IMG/VR virus record: IMGVR_UViG_3300033156_000800
Span: 1 to 33,621 of that record
Strand: one strand, 5' to 3'
Length of the DNA: 33,621 nt
From: a virus
Lineage: Duplodnaviria; Caudoviricetes
The number at the start of each line of letters is the position of its first letter. The first letter of the stretch is position 1. The notes below the pieces were generated by a model that searched no databases, was not told where the DNA came from, and worked only from the letters and a program-made list of their open reading frames with translations. Positions 7,910 to 17,355 of this stretch are shown piece by piece. A program made the translations under genes and the position numbers.

Positions 7910-7963
7910 GCTACACCTCCTACCTGTATAGTAGTTGAACAAAAAACAAAAAGAGGAGATAAT

Positions 7964-8200
7964 ATGGTAAGATTTGAAGTTGAAACCGAAAAGCCGGTAG
8001 AAAAGGGAGTTATACATTTTAAACTGTGTAAATTTTCCACAACCGGAGATGTAATCTTAGTCGGAACAGATAAAGATAATTCTTGGAATTTACTCACAAT
8101 AGATTCTCAAACTGGTAAATTTGTGAGGCATTCTGATGCAGATCAGTTGAGCGGGCTGAAATATGATGAGGATGGCAGAATTTTAGAGGAGGAAATTTAA
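7964..8200 (+). CDS. Hypothetical protein
   Basis: GAGGAG RBS; abuts the next gene. Confidence 0.65.
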   Translation: MVRFEVETEKPVEKGVIHFKLCKFSTTGDVILVGTDKDNSWNLLTIDSQTGKFVRHSDADQLSGLKYDEDGRILEEEI

Positions 8201-8201
8201 T

Positions 8202-8648
8202 ATGGTAAAAATTAAAGTAAATTTGGATGATATCTCATCATTCAGCGTTATCGAACCTGGGAAATATCAAGCGAAATTAGTGGATGTTATAGAAGCAGAA
8301 TCATCAACTGGTAATCCTATGCTGGTCTGGACATGGAGAGTAGAGAACGAAGAAGATAAAGAGCTCAAAAGCTTTGTATCACTGCAGACACACGCCCTGT
8401 TTGGACTTAAAGAGCATCTTGAGGCGTTCGGAGTTGCCGGGCAGGTCGATTTCAATACCGACAAGCTAATCGGAAAGAGGGCGGTGCTGTCAGTAATTAA
8501 GACTACCGTAGTCAACCGGAATAACGGTGAGGATATGGAAGTCAACCGGATTGAAGCGGTGCTACCAGCCAAGAAAGCCTCCGGTAAAGGAAAAGCAGTC
8601 AGTAAGGCAAAAATTGAAAACGATGGGGATAACGATATACCATTCTAA
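8202..8648 (+). CDS. DUF669-like putative single-stranded DNA-binding protein
   Basis: IEPGKY...SSTGNPML..., LIGK, acidic DNDIPF tail; typical position after a Sak4-like ATPase. Confidence 0.8.
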   Translation: MVKIKVNLDDISSFSVIEPGKYQAKLVDVIEAESSTGNPMLVWTWRVENEEDKELKSFVSLQTHALFGLKEHLEAFGVAGQVDFNTDKLIGKRAVLSVIKTTVVNRNNGEDMEVNRIEAVLPAKKASGKGKAVSKAKIENDGDNDIPF

Positions 8649-8673
8649 ATAGATATTACATCAACACCTATTT

Positions 8674-10179
8674 ATGAAACAGGAATACAGGATATATGGT
8701 CCTCCCGGAACTGGTAAAACTACGTGGATAATTAACCACGCTAATGAGATGGCTACCGAATTTGGAGCGGACCAGATTTCAATTTGTTCTTTAACCCGGG
8801 CAGCTATTCATAAAGTAGCGGGTAGGGATATATTAGTAGATACAGATAATATTGCTACCCTACATGCAAGGTGCAAACGGTCCTTACAGGCACCCGCACC
8901 CGCAGAAGCCAGGGTGAATGAATTTATTGAGAAATATCCTGCATGGGCATCTGCAAAATACCTGCCAAAGAATCTGTCTAACAGGTCATTCAAGGTGCAG
9001 TCAGAAATGAGCATTTACGAACGTGCGCAGGTACTCAGACAGCAGATGGTTCCAAAGAAGTTGTGGCCACTAAACATAAAAAAGTGGCATGATGTATGGG
9101 ACAAATGGTGTATGGATGAGGGTATCATGGATTTCACGGGATGGCTGGAGAATGAACTTGAAATAGGATCCCTGCCGCCACAGCAGGCGGTATTTGTGGA
9201 TGAAGCCCAGGATCATACAACCCTACAGCTTGAGGTTATCAGATCATGGAATACCAAAGAACTGTATTTGATCGGTGATGATGACCAGAATCTATATGAA
9301 TGGGCAGGAGCATCACCGCAGGCTTTTATATCCGGTAGTATTAATAGCCCAGAAACAGTCCTTAAACAGTCCTACAGGGTTCCGCGCCGGGTTCATAATA
9401 CGGCTATGAAGATAATTAATCAGGTAAGCAATCGTAAGTATAAAGATTATTTACCTACAGGGGATAATGGCAATGTTCAAACATTAATGTACAGTCTGAA
9501 TGATGCCAAATACGGTAATAAGGTGCCGCCCCATATTTTGGAGGATGATAACCAGACATATATGATAATAACTGCGGCTAATTACATGCTAAACCCGATT
9601 ATAGAAGTTCTAATTAATTATGGTATACCATTTTACAATCCATATAGACCGTTAAACGTCAAGTGGAATCCGTTAAATGCGTACTATCATCAATTAATAG
9701 AGTATCTAGACGGTCGAAACCATGCTATCTGGGGTAAGTTGTTGAATGATAAGGCGTATAAATCCGGAAAGAAACGGGATTTTATTGAAGAATCAAAAAA
9801 GTATAAGATTCCAGATGAAGATATCCCGCGCTATTTCAACGATTATACAGCAGATCTAATTTTAAAAAGGAATCTCAACATTTTTAAAGAATACAACCCG
9901 GGTAGGGAGTTACAAATTCTTAATTACACCATAAAGGTACTTGAGCAACCGGTACATAAGCAGCAACCAAGGGTAATCATTGGAACCATTCATAGTATAA
10001 AAGGTGGTGAAGCAGATAATGTTTACCTGTTCCCTGATATATCCAGGTCTGCCGGATACAGCTTAATGATTAACAAAAATGCGATATACAGGATGTTTTA
10101 TGTTGGAATTACAAGAGCTAAAAAATCACTGTATATATGTAGCCCCAGCGGTAAGTACTGGGTGGATATCAAAAAATGA
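8674..10179 (+). CDS. UvrD/Rep-like SF1 helicase
   Basis: GPPGTGKT, TLH, VDEAQD, IGDDDQ, LKQSYR, TIHSIKGGEA, FYVGITRAK. Confidence 0.92.
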   Translation: MKQEYRIYGPPGTGKTTWIINHANEMATEFGADQISICSLTRAAIHKVAGRDILVDTDNIATLHARCKRSLQAPAPAEARVNEFIEKYPAWASAKYLPKNLSNRSFKVQSEMSIYERAQVLRQQMVPKKLWPLNIKKWHDVWDKWCMDEGIMDFTGWLENELEIGSLPPQQAVFVDEAQDHTTLQLEVIRSWNTKELYLIGDDDQNLYEWAGASPQAFISGSINSPETVLKQSYRVPRRVHNTAMKIINQVSNRKYKDYLPTGDNGNVQTLMYSLNDAKYGNKVPPHILEDDNQTYMIITAANYMLNPIIEVLINYGIPFYNPYRPLNVKWNPLNAYYHQLIEYLDGRNHAIWGKLLNDKAYKSGKKRDFIEESKKYKIPDEDIPRYFNDYTADLILKRNLNIFKEYNPGRELQILNYTIKVLEQPVHKQQPRVIIGTIHSIKGGEADNVYLFPDISRSAGYSLMINKNAIYRMFYVGITRAKKSLYICSPSGKYWVDIKK

Positions 10180-11918
10180 CAGAAATAATAAAAAGTCAAC
10201 GGGAAAGTATATTCTGTGACAGATATGCTTTAAGAAGTAAAAGCGGTGAACAGTTAGAAAGTAGCTATGATGAAATGTTTCACAGGGTAGCCAGGCAGAT
10301 GGCTGATAGCCCTGGAGAAGAACAGCTATTTTTATCGATTCTAAATGATTTCCGCTTTGTACCTTCGGGGCGTATTTTATCCGGTTCCGGAGTTGGTAAG
10401 GATCTTACATATTATAATTGCTTTGTAATTGGTATCAGATCTGATCATGGTAATGACAGCCGTAACGCAATAATGAGCACAATCAATAATATGGTGGAAA
10501 TTACCGCTCGCGGCGGTGGTGTTGGGATAAACTGGTCCGTTTTAAGGCCGGAATTATCATACATATCCGGTGTGCACGGACATAGTTCAGGACCGGTAGG
10601 CTGGATGAAAGGCGCGGATGCAATGGCCGACCAGATTAAACAGGGTGGAAGCCGGACAGCTGCGCTAATGTTCATGTTAGATGTATGGCACCCGGATATA
10701 ACTAAATTTGTGGATCTTAAAGAGCGGTTTCTAAGGGCTAACTTCTCTATTGGAATAACTGACGATTTCATGAAAGCCGTTTCAGATAATGATACCTGGA
10801 CTACAGTCTTCCCGGATACTTCGCATCCAATGTATGATTCCGAGTGGGACGGTAATATCAGGAGATGGATAGAAAAGGGCTACAGTATACATGAGTATGA
10901 TACTATAAACGCCCGGGATTTGTGGTATGATATATGCTCCGAAGCATACAGACTCGGTAGCCCGGGATTAGCATTTATAGACAGATGCCAAAGCCAGTCA
11001 AATACATGGTATTGTGAAGAGGTTAACTGTATGAACCCGTGTGGAGAGCAACCACTTCCAATAAATGGATGCTGCAACCTTGGATCGATCAACCTGCCAA
11101 TGTTTATGAAGAACGGGCAGATGAGGTATGTAGACCTTGGAAGTGTTATACATGTGGCAGTAAGATTTCTGGATCAGGTAATTGACAAAAATCCAAATGT
11201 TAATACTGATATTACGGAGTTGCAGTCACGTATGAGGCGGATTGGCCTCGGTGTAATGGGACTTGCAGATGTTCTGATTATGAAGAAGCTGAGGTATGGG
11301 TCTGCAGAATGTATGGAGTTTATAAACGAGCTATTTACATTTATCCGTAACCATGCATATTTTGCAAGTGCAAGACTGGCGGAGGAAAAGGGACCAGCCC
11401 CCGCGTATGATGAAAAGTTTTTAGAGGGTTATATCCCATCTTCACTACCGCAATACACCCGCAATATTATAAAAAATGTGGGTATAAGAAATCTGCAGAT
11501 TACAACCCAGGCACCCACGGGGACCACCAGTATTTTGGCGGGATCGTCTAGCGGTATTGAACCTGTATTCAGCAGAAAATACGTTAGAGTGGACGCAACC
11601 GGAACTTTTGAAATTATACACCCGTTATTTAAGGATTACTACGGTGACCATCTCGTTACTGCCATGGACATACCTGCGCATGAGCACATTATGGTACAGG
11701 CAGCTATTCAGGCGTATTTGGACAGTTCAGTTTCAAAAACTATAAACCTGCCGGCTGGCGCCACAGTTAAGGATGTTCAGGACGCGTACGAACTTGCATA
11801 TATTATGGGTTGCAAAGGCATAACGGTGTATAGAAATGGATCTGCCGATGGGGTTATGACTGAATCATGCCCAACGTGTGAGGTGCACAATGAGGATGAC
11901 AATTGCGGAAGCGATTGA
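10176..11918 (+). CDS. nrdJ: Class II (adenosylcobalamin-dependent) ribonucleotide reductase
   Basis: YNCFV, GGGVG, NPCGEQPL, CNLGSINL, APTGTTS, SSGIEP, VSKTINLP, KGITVYR, terminal CPTC; no adjacent R2 subunit gene. Confidence 0.9.
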   Translation: MTEIIKSQRESIFCDRYALRSKSGEQLESSYDEMFHRVARQMADSPGEEQLFLSILNDFRFVPSGRILSGSGVGKDLTYYNCFVIGIRSDHGNDSRNAIMSTINNMVEITARGGGVGINWSVLRPELSYISGVHGHSSGPVGWMKGADAMADQIKQGGSRTAALMFMLDVWHPDITKFVDLKERFLRANFSIGITDDFMKAVSDNDTWTTVFPDTSHPMYDSEWDGNIRRWIEKGYSIHEYDTINARDLWYDICSEAYRLGSPGLAFIDRCQSQSNTWYCEEVNCMNPCGEQPLPINGCCNLGSINLPMFMKNGQMRYVDLGSVIHVAVRFLDQVIDKNPNVNTDITELQSRMRRIGLGVMGLADVLIMKKLRYGSAECMEFINELFTFIRNHAYFASARLAEEKGPAPAYDEKFLEGYIPSSLPQYTRNIIKNVGIRNLQITTQAPTGTTSILAGSSSGIEPVFSRKYVRVDATGTFEIIHPLFKDYYGDHLVTAMDIPAHEHIMVQAAIQAYLDSSVSKTINLPAGATVKDVQDAYELAYIMGCKGITVYRNGSADGVMTESCPTCEVHNEDDNCGSD

Positions 11919-12087
11919 GATAGTTAGAGAGGCTAGTAGAGATCGGGAAAAAGAGACGAACAGGCAAAAAAGAAGAGAAGTGAGGAGAAAATATTATGAG
12001 AAACACAAGGATGAAATTAATAAAAAAAGAAGAGAGGAAAGGCAAAGTATTAGTAATTGTCGGCGCTCAGTACGGATCCGAAGGTAA
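11890..12087 (+). CDS. Small basic, helical protein overlapping nrdJ and purZ
   Basis: RRKYYEKHKDEINKKRRE; bridges the nrdJ-purZ gap; start 11878, 11890 or 11896. Confidence 0.45.
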   Translation: MRMTIAEAIEIVREASRDREKETNRQKRREVRRKYYEKHKDEINKKRREERQSISNCRRSVRIRR

Positions 12088-13087
12088 AGGCGTTATAGCT
12101 AGCTATCTGGCCCCGGAGTATGACATATTTATAAGAGTTGGAGGCCCCAATGCCGGCCATACATTTATCCATAGAGGAGAAGTATTTAAAATGCAGGCTA
12201 TCCCATGCGGGTGGACCAACCCAAAAGGCAAAATTGTGATTGGTAAGGGAGCCCTGCTCAACCTTGATATATTCAGACGGGAACTCGACATGATTAAGAA
12301 GTTTGATTCACATATTGAGGACCGTATCTTTATCGATTTTGGTACCGGTATCCTGGACCCGAAATTTGCGCAGCAGGAAGGCGGCACCAGTGGTGAAATC
12401 AACCGTAGAATCGGATCAACGGGGGAGGGTGTTGGAGCAGCCAGGGTTGCAAGAGTCAACAGAGACCCGGACAATTTCAGCCTAGCCAAAGATGCGCTGC
12501 GTGGCACTGATTTAGATCATATGCTTATAGATACTGTATCATTTCTAACCGCAGCAAATATATCTGGCCTAAATATCATGCTTGAGGGCACACAGGGTGC
12601 TGCACTATCGCTCATCCACGGACCGTGGCCATATGTAACATCCCATGATACCAATGCAGCACAGATGCTGGCCGATGTTGGGATAGCTCCCAATCTGGTT
12701 ACTGATATTATGCTGGTTATGAGGACATTCCCGATAAGGGTGGCCGGCAATTCTGGGCCGATGCGGGATGAAACTACATGGGGTAATATATCAAAATTTG
12801 TCGGGCGTGAGGTTGAGGAAAGAACCACCGTAACTAATAAGGTTAGACGTGTGGGACACTGGGATTCAAGGCTGATCGACAGGGCGGTATTACTAAATAA
12901 CCCGACCGAAATTGTAATCAATTTCATGGATTATCTTGACCCTTCCGACGCTGGAAAGACACGGTTTGAGAATTTAAGCCCGGGTAACAAATCATTTATT
13001 CATGCCATCGAAACTACGTGGGGTGTACCTGTAACATTTGTAGGTACAGGTGGGGAGAACAAATTCAGCCTAATAGACCGGAGATAA
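11996..13087 (+). CDS. purZ: PurZ/PurZ0-type adenylosuccinate synthetase homologue (2-aminoadenine biosynthesis)
   Basis: GAQYGSEGKG (Ser where PurA has catalytic Asp), GPNAGHT, IGSTGEGVG, EGTQG, PYVTS, RTFPIRVAGNSGP, TTVTNKVRRVG, NFMD; short 363-aa form; start could be 12011. Confidence 0.85.
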   Translation: MRNTRMKLIKKEERKGKVLVIVGAQYGSEGKGVIASYLAPEYDIFIRVGGPNAGHTFIHRGEVFKMQAIPCGWTNPKGKIVIGKGALLNLDIFRRELDMIKKFDSHIEDRIFIDFGTGILDPKFAQQEGGTSGEINRRIGSTGEGVGAARVARVNRDPDNFSLAKDALRGTDLDHMLIDTVSFLTAANISGLNIMLEGTQGAALSLIHGPWPYVTSHDTNAAQMLADVGIAPNLVTDIMLVMRTFPIRVAGNSGPMRDETTWGNISKFVGREVEERTTVTNKVRRVGHWDSRLIDRAVLLNNPTEIVINFMDYLDPSDAGKTRFENLSPGNKSFIHAIETTWGVPVTFVGTGGENKFSLIDRR

Positions 13088-13088
13088 T

Positions 13089-15521
13089 ATGAATGAAATA
13101 TGCAAGGAATGCACACTTAATAAAGAACCGGTGCTAGGTTCAGGATGTAACTATAACCCTGATATAGCTATTGTCGGTGAAGCTCCGGGGGCGGAAGAGG
13201 TAAAGCGGGGAGAACCATTTGTAGGTAAATCCGGCAGGTTGCTTCGGGAAACCTTATCCATCCTCGATTTTGACCTGAGTAAGATATATTACACGAATGC
13301 GTGTATGTGCAGACCACCAAACAACCGCGATCCAAAATCGAGTGAAATCAGGGCATGTAACCAGAGATTGGTTGATGAGTTAGAACGGGTTAACCCGTCA
13401 CTTGTAATCACAATGGGTAATGCCGGTACTATTTCGTTACTCGGCCCGGGCCCGGGGATAACAAAGAGGCGGGGCATGTGTAGGGAGGCGCACGGATTCA
13501 AGATTCTGCCTACAATCCACCCCGCAGGTATATTAAGATCACCGGACACATACCCGGATTTTATAAGCGACCTTAAGCGTGCAAAGTATCTGTTAGATGG
13601 TGGAAAAGCGGTAATAGAACCGTCGTATCATAATTACCGCCTGATTGAAACGCAACGTGATTTTGAAACCTTTATGGCAAAGCTATTACATGCCGGTAAA
13701 TGCGCGGTTGATCTGGAAACTACCAGCCTGGATTTCCAGAATGGACGTATCCTATCCATCGGGTTCTCATACTGTACCGGTTTTGCATATGTAGTGGACT
13801 GGCACAAATTAATTAACGGCAGTTTAAATAACTGGTCGTTATTAAACTCGGTGCTTTCCAACGTTGACTGTTATTTTCATAACGGACAATTTGACGTATT
13901 ATGGCTGAAATTTCGTGGGATAAATCCAAGATATACACGAGATACAATGCTTATGCATTATCTACTTGATGAAAGGCAGGGGGTTCACAGCCTTAAACGG
14001 CTGGCTATAGACAGGTATTTTGCTCCCAACTACGGTGAAGGAATTATACCGGACGGAGGTCTCACAGTTGAACTATGGGATTCGGATGCGAAGGTCAAAA
14101 TAGCAAAGTACAACGGTGCGGATGCCGACTATACATGGAGGCTTGCAAATGATCTGTGGAATGAACTGGCTGAAGAGGATCTCTGCGGTATTCATGATAA
14201 TATTCTCATACCTGCAGCGAAGCATTTCATAGAATTTGAGATTAGCGGTATGCTGGTGGATCTTAACTACTTCGAAAGCCTTGGTAAAAAGTGGGACGGT
14301 GAAATAGCCGATATCGAATCTAAATTAAGGAATTTCCCGGGTGCAGAGAATATTAATTTATCAAGTCCGAAGCAGGTAAGTGAATATATGTTCAACGTTC
14401 TGGAGTTAAAGCCGGTTAGTGGAGATCCTGATGAAGTGGTGGATCAGAGTGTACTGCTTAGAGCAATTAAGAGTACCGAAGACCCGGAGGCGCAGGAATA
14501 CTGGCGATCATCCGGTGCTGCATCAGCCAGAATTAAGCCGCATAGCACCTCGGTGTATATGTTATACTATCTTGCCCAGCAGCACGATTTCCCAAGGATG
14601 TTAATTGAATACCGGCTTGCAGCAAGGACGCGTAGTATGTACTATGACGGGTACAAGAAGATGATAAATTCTGATTGTCGTATACGTCCAAATTATAAAC
14701 TGCATGGAACCAGAACGGGGCGGCTGTCAACATCAAACCCTAACATACACGGGATGATTAAGCGCAAAGAGATTAAAAGTATATTTATTGCCGATCCGGG
14801 ATGGTCAATACTGTATGCAGATTATAGCCAGGCTGAAATCCGTATGCTTGCCCATTTTGCCAAAGATGATAAGCTGATAAGTATACTCAAAGAATCAGAT
14901 ATTCACCGGGCGGTTATGCGTGAATTATTTGAAATTGGCGAGGATGAAATTTCCGAATTATCTAAGGACGAGTATGACAGGAAAAGACGTGCTGCAAAGA
15001 ACTGCAATTTTGGCATGATATACGGAATTTCGGCAAAGAGCCTTGCCTTGCAGCTCGGTGTTAGTGCTGATGAAGCGCAAGAGTATAAGAACAAATTAAT
15101 CAGCATAATGCCCGGGGTATCCGCATGGATTAAGCAGCAGCACCGCAGGGTAGTTCGGGATCATGAAGTCATATCTCTGTATGGCCGGAAACGCAGGTTC
15201 TCACTAATTCCACAAGGAGGATTGGGAGAGGTTAAACGGCAGGCAGTCAATACACCTATTCAGTCATCTGTGTCAGATATGAATCTGTTAGCTCATATAA
15301 GAATTGTTGAGCGGTTGAAAGTTATAGGTATACCGGTTAAAGTATGGCCAAATATACATGACTCGGTAATGGTACAGGTTCCGGATGATCTTGTAAAGCC
15401 CGCCACAAAGATCATGATTGAAGAGATGCACGATGTAGGATTTGCCACGGAAGTACCTTTCGTTGTCGAGGTGTCCACCGGTAAAGGTTGGGGAGACCTG
15501 AAGGTAATATATGAGGGTTAA
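13089..15521 (+). CDS. polA: Family A DNA polymerase with N-terminal family-4 uracil-DNA glycosylase domain and 3'-5' exonuclease
   Basis: UDG: CKEC, VGEAPG, PFVG.SG, TNACMCRPPNNR, HPA; exonuclease: VDLET, HNGQFD, YNGADA; polymerase: TGRLSTSNPN, DYSQAEIR, R..AKNCNFGMIYG, IHDS. Confidence 0.93.
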   Translation: MNEICKECTLNKEPVLGSGCNYNPDIAIVGEAPGAEEVKRGEPFVGKSGRLLRETLSILDFDLSKIYYTNACMCRPPNNRDPKSSEIRACNQRLVDELERVNPSLVITMGNAGTISLLGPGPGITKRRGMCREAHGFKILPTIHPAGILRSPDTYPDFISDLKRAKYLLDGGKAVIEPSYHNYRLIETQRDFETFMAKLLHAGKCAVDLETTSLDFQNGRILSIGFSYCTGFAYVVDWHKLINGSLNNWSLLNSVLSNVDCYFHNGQFDVLWLKFRGINPRYTRDTMLMHYLLDERQGVHSLKRLAIDRYFAPNYGEGIIPDGGLTVELWDSDAKVKIAKYNGADADYTWRLANDLWNELAEEDLCGIHDNILIPAAKHFIEFEISGMLVDLNYFESLGKKWDGEIADIESKLRNFPGAENINLSSPKQVSEYMFNVLELKPVSGDPDEVVDQSVLLRAIKSTEDPEAQEYWRSSGAASARIKPHSTSVYMLYYLAQQHDFPRMLIEYRLAARTRSMYYDGYKKMINSDCRIRPNYKLHGTRTGRLSTSNPNIHGMIKRKEIKSIFIADPGWSILYADYSQAEIRMLAHFAKDDKLISILKESDIHRAVMRELFEIGEDEISELSKDEYDRKRRAAKNCNFGMIYGISAKSLALQLGVSADEAQEYKNKLISIMPGVSAWIKQQHRRVVRDHEVISLYGRKRRFSLIPQGGLGEVKRQAVNTPIQSSVSDMNLLAHIRIVERLKVIGIPVKVWPNIHDSVMVQVPDDLVKPATKIMIEEMHDVGFATEVPFVVEVSTGKGWGDLKVIYEG

Positions 15522-15539
15522 TGCCGTTCCTGTTAAAGG

Positions 15540-16925
15540 GTGTGCAGCGTGCGGGATATAGCCCTTAAATACCTTGAGCGGGGCTGGTCGGTATTACCGG
15601 TTCACAGTGTACGTAACGGGGTGTGCTCATGCGGTAATCCGCAATGCCCAAGCCCGGGTAAGCATCCAAGGATTAAATGGTCCGAATTTACAAGGACCAG
15701 AGCTACCGAGGATCAGATCCGTGGCTGGTGGTCGAAATGGCCGGATTCCAATGTAGGCGTTATAACTGGTCCGATATCTGACCTTGCAGTTATAGATATA
15801 GATGGCCCGACCGGTGAACAGTCGGCTCAGGATCTGAATCTTCCGGACACTTTATCGGTTAGTACCGGTGGCGGTGGTAGGCACTTATATTATCAATACC
15901 CTGCGGGGCGTGTAGTATTAACCCGTACCAGTATAATGAATGGTATCGATGTACGTGGTGAATCCGGTTTTGTAGTAGCGCCCCCTTCTATACACAAGAG
16001 CGGCGGGGAATATGCATGGATTAATAGGGATGTACCAATTACTGAATATCCGGATATCGGGACAGATCCGAAAACGCAGGAAGTTACCATAACGCCACAA
16101 ATCGAGATGGGTGAAATTCCGAGCGGGCAGCGTAACGATACGTTAACCCGCCTGGCCGGTTCCCTACTCGGTCAAGGTCATAATATTGAGCATACAGCTC
16201 AGGTTGTGATGCTTACCAATGCAGCCAGGTGCAAACCACCCCTGAAGGATGGTGAGGTAATCCGGATTGTTGAATCCATCGCATCCGCGGAGATGCGGAA
16301 GCTTGACCTTGACTATATTAACCACAAGCTAAAAATGCCCGTGCCAATTACAGCCATCCTTAAGTATGGTAATATAGATTCAACGTGGGTTATGGTGCTG
16401 GCGGATAAGAGACAGGTCAGAATCGGGCCAATTTCAAAACTTTACCAGCACCGCATTGTCCGTGATGCGATAGCCGATGTAACCCGGCATACCATCAGGA
16501 TATCAAACAAGGAATGGTTGAGCATCGCGGCCAAATTCGTGGAGCTCGGTGTTGAGGTTGAAGACGAGGAGCGTCTGTCAGATGTCGAGCAATGGGTACT
16601 TAAATATGTGGGGGATCCACCCCGGTTATCAATGTCCGACCGGGCAGACCATAATGAAGCGGTCAGGCTGTTAAGTTCACGCGAAGCGGTCGGAATACTT
16701 GATGCCGATAGTGGTAAGTTATATATTGTACTTGATGCGCAGCGCATCAGTCACATTGGTATATATGTATCTATTGGTATCAAATCGGTATCAGACGCAG
16801 CCCGTAGGATTAGAACCGTGGCCAATTTTAAAAAGATCCGCATATCTGGCAACCGAAGTAAAGATGCAAACCAGCAGGTTGTATGCTGGGTATCCAGGAA
16901 ATCGTATGACGAGGAATTAGATTAA
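15540..16925 (+). CDS. Bifunctional primase-polymerase (Prim-Pol) with PriCT-1 and unknown C-terminal domain
   Basis: GWSVLP, CSCG..C..PGKHP, NVGVITG, VIDID, GGGRHLYY, DVRG..GFVVAPPS, GQRNDTL..LAG...CKPPL. Confidence 0.9.
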   Translation: MCSVRDIALKYLERGWSVLPVHSVRNGVCSCGNPQCPSPGKHPRIKWSEFTRTRATEDQIRGWWSKWPDSNVGVITGPISDLAVIDIDGPTGEQSAQDLNLPDTLSVSTGGGGRHLYYQYPAGRVVLTRTSIMNGIDVRGESGFVVAPPSIHKSGGEYAWINRDVPITEYPDIGTDPKTQEVTITPQIEMGEIPSGQRNDTLTRLAGSLLGQGHNIEHTAQVVMLTNAARCKPPLKDGEVIRIVESIASAEMRKLDLDYINHKLKMPVPITAILKYGNIDSTWVMVLADKRQVRIGPISKLYQHRIVRDAIADVTRHTIRISNKEWLSIAAKFVELGVEVEDEERLSDVEQWVLKYVGDPPRLSMSDRADHNEAVRLLSSREAVGILDADSGKLYIVLDAQRISHIGIYVSIGIKSVSDAARRIRTVANFKKIRISGNRSKDANQQVVCWVSRKSYDEELD

Positions 16926-16937
16926 GGAGGGAATATT

Positions 16938-17135
16938 GTGAAAATTGAAACGTTATATGAAATCAGTGAATTACTGGACCTAATCAGGTTCACCCGTGAG
17001 GATAGAAGAATCGATAGGAAAAATGGAGTTTTAACCGTTGAATCCCGGAGAGCATATTCTAGGAAAGTCGAACACTGTAAGCAAAAACTATCAGACCTTA
17101 CGGGGATTAATATACAGGAGTTTAATGGATTTTGA
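16938..17135 (+). CDS. Hypothetical protein
   Basis: AAGGAGG RBS before GTG. Confidence 0.65.
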   Translation: MKIETLYEISELLDLIRFTREDRRIDRKNGVLTVESRRAYSRKVEHCKQKLSDLTGINIQEFNGF

Positions 17136-17145
17136 GGTAAAAAAC

Positions 17146-17355
17146 ATGAAACAAACAAAAGATGGAATGGAACACCGCACATTCGACGGAGAAATTTATG
17201 AACTTGTAGCTATGTCAGTATCTGAACGAGTCGTTGCAGAATACGAGGCTATAATCCTTGAGCGGGGATACCATGTCCAGAGAATACCGATACCTGAGTC
17301 CGTGGACGGACGAATATATTATAACATATACATGGGGACCCGTCAGTATGTCTGA
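17146..17355 (+). CDS. Hypothetical protein
   Basis: ORF track 17038..17355; GAGGT RBS favours ATG 17146 (MKQTKDG). Confidence 0.6.
   Translation: MKQTKDGMEHRTFDGEIYELVAMSVSERVVAEYEAIILERGYHVQRIPIPESVDGRIYYNIYMGTRQYV

Noticed and set aside
11996-13087. Ordinary purA auxiliary metabolic gene
   Set aside because: The catalytic Asp of GDEGKG is Ser and the other motifs follow the PurZ pattern
10176-15521. Inteins or introns in nrdJ or the polymerase
   Set aside because: Lengths are compact, motifs are continuous, and no intein or LAGLIDADG signatures are visible
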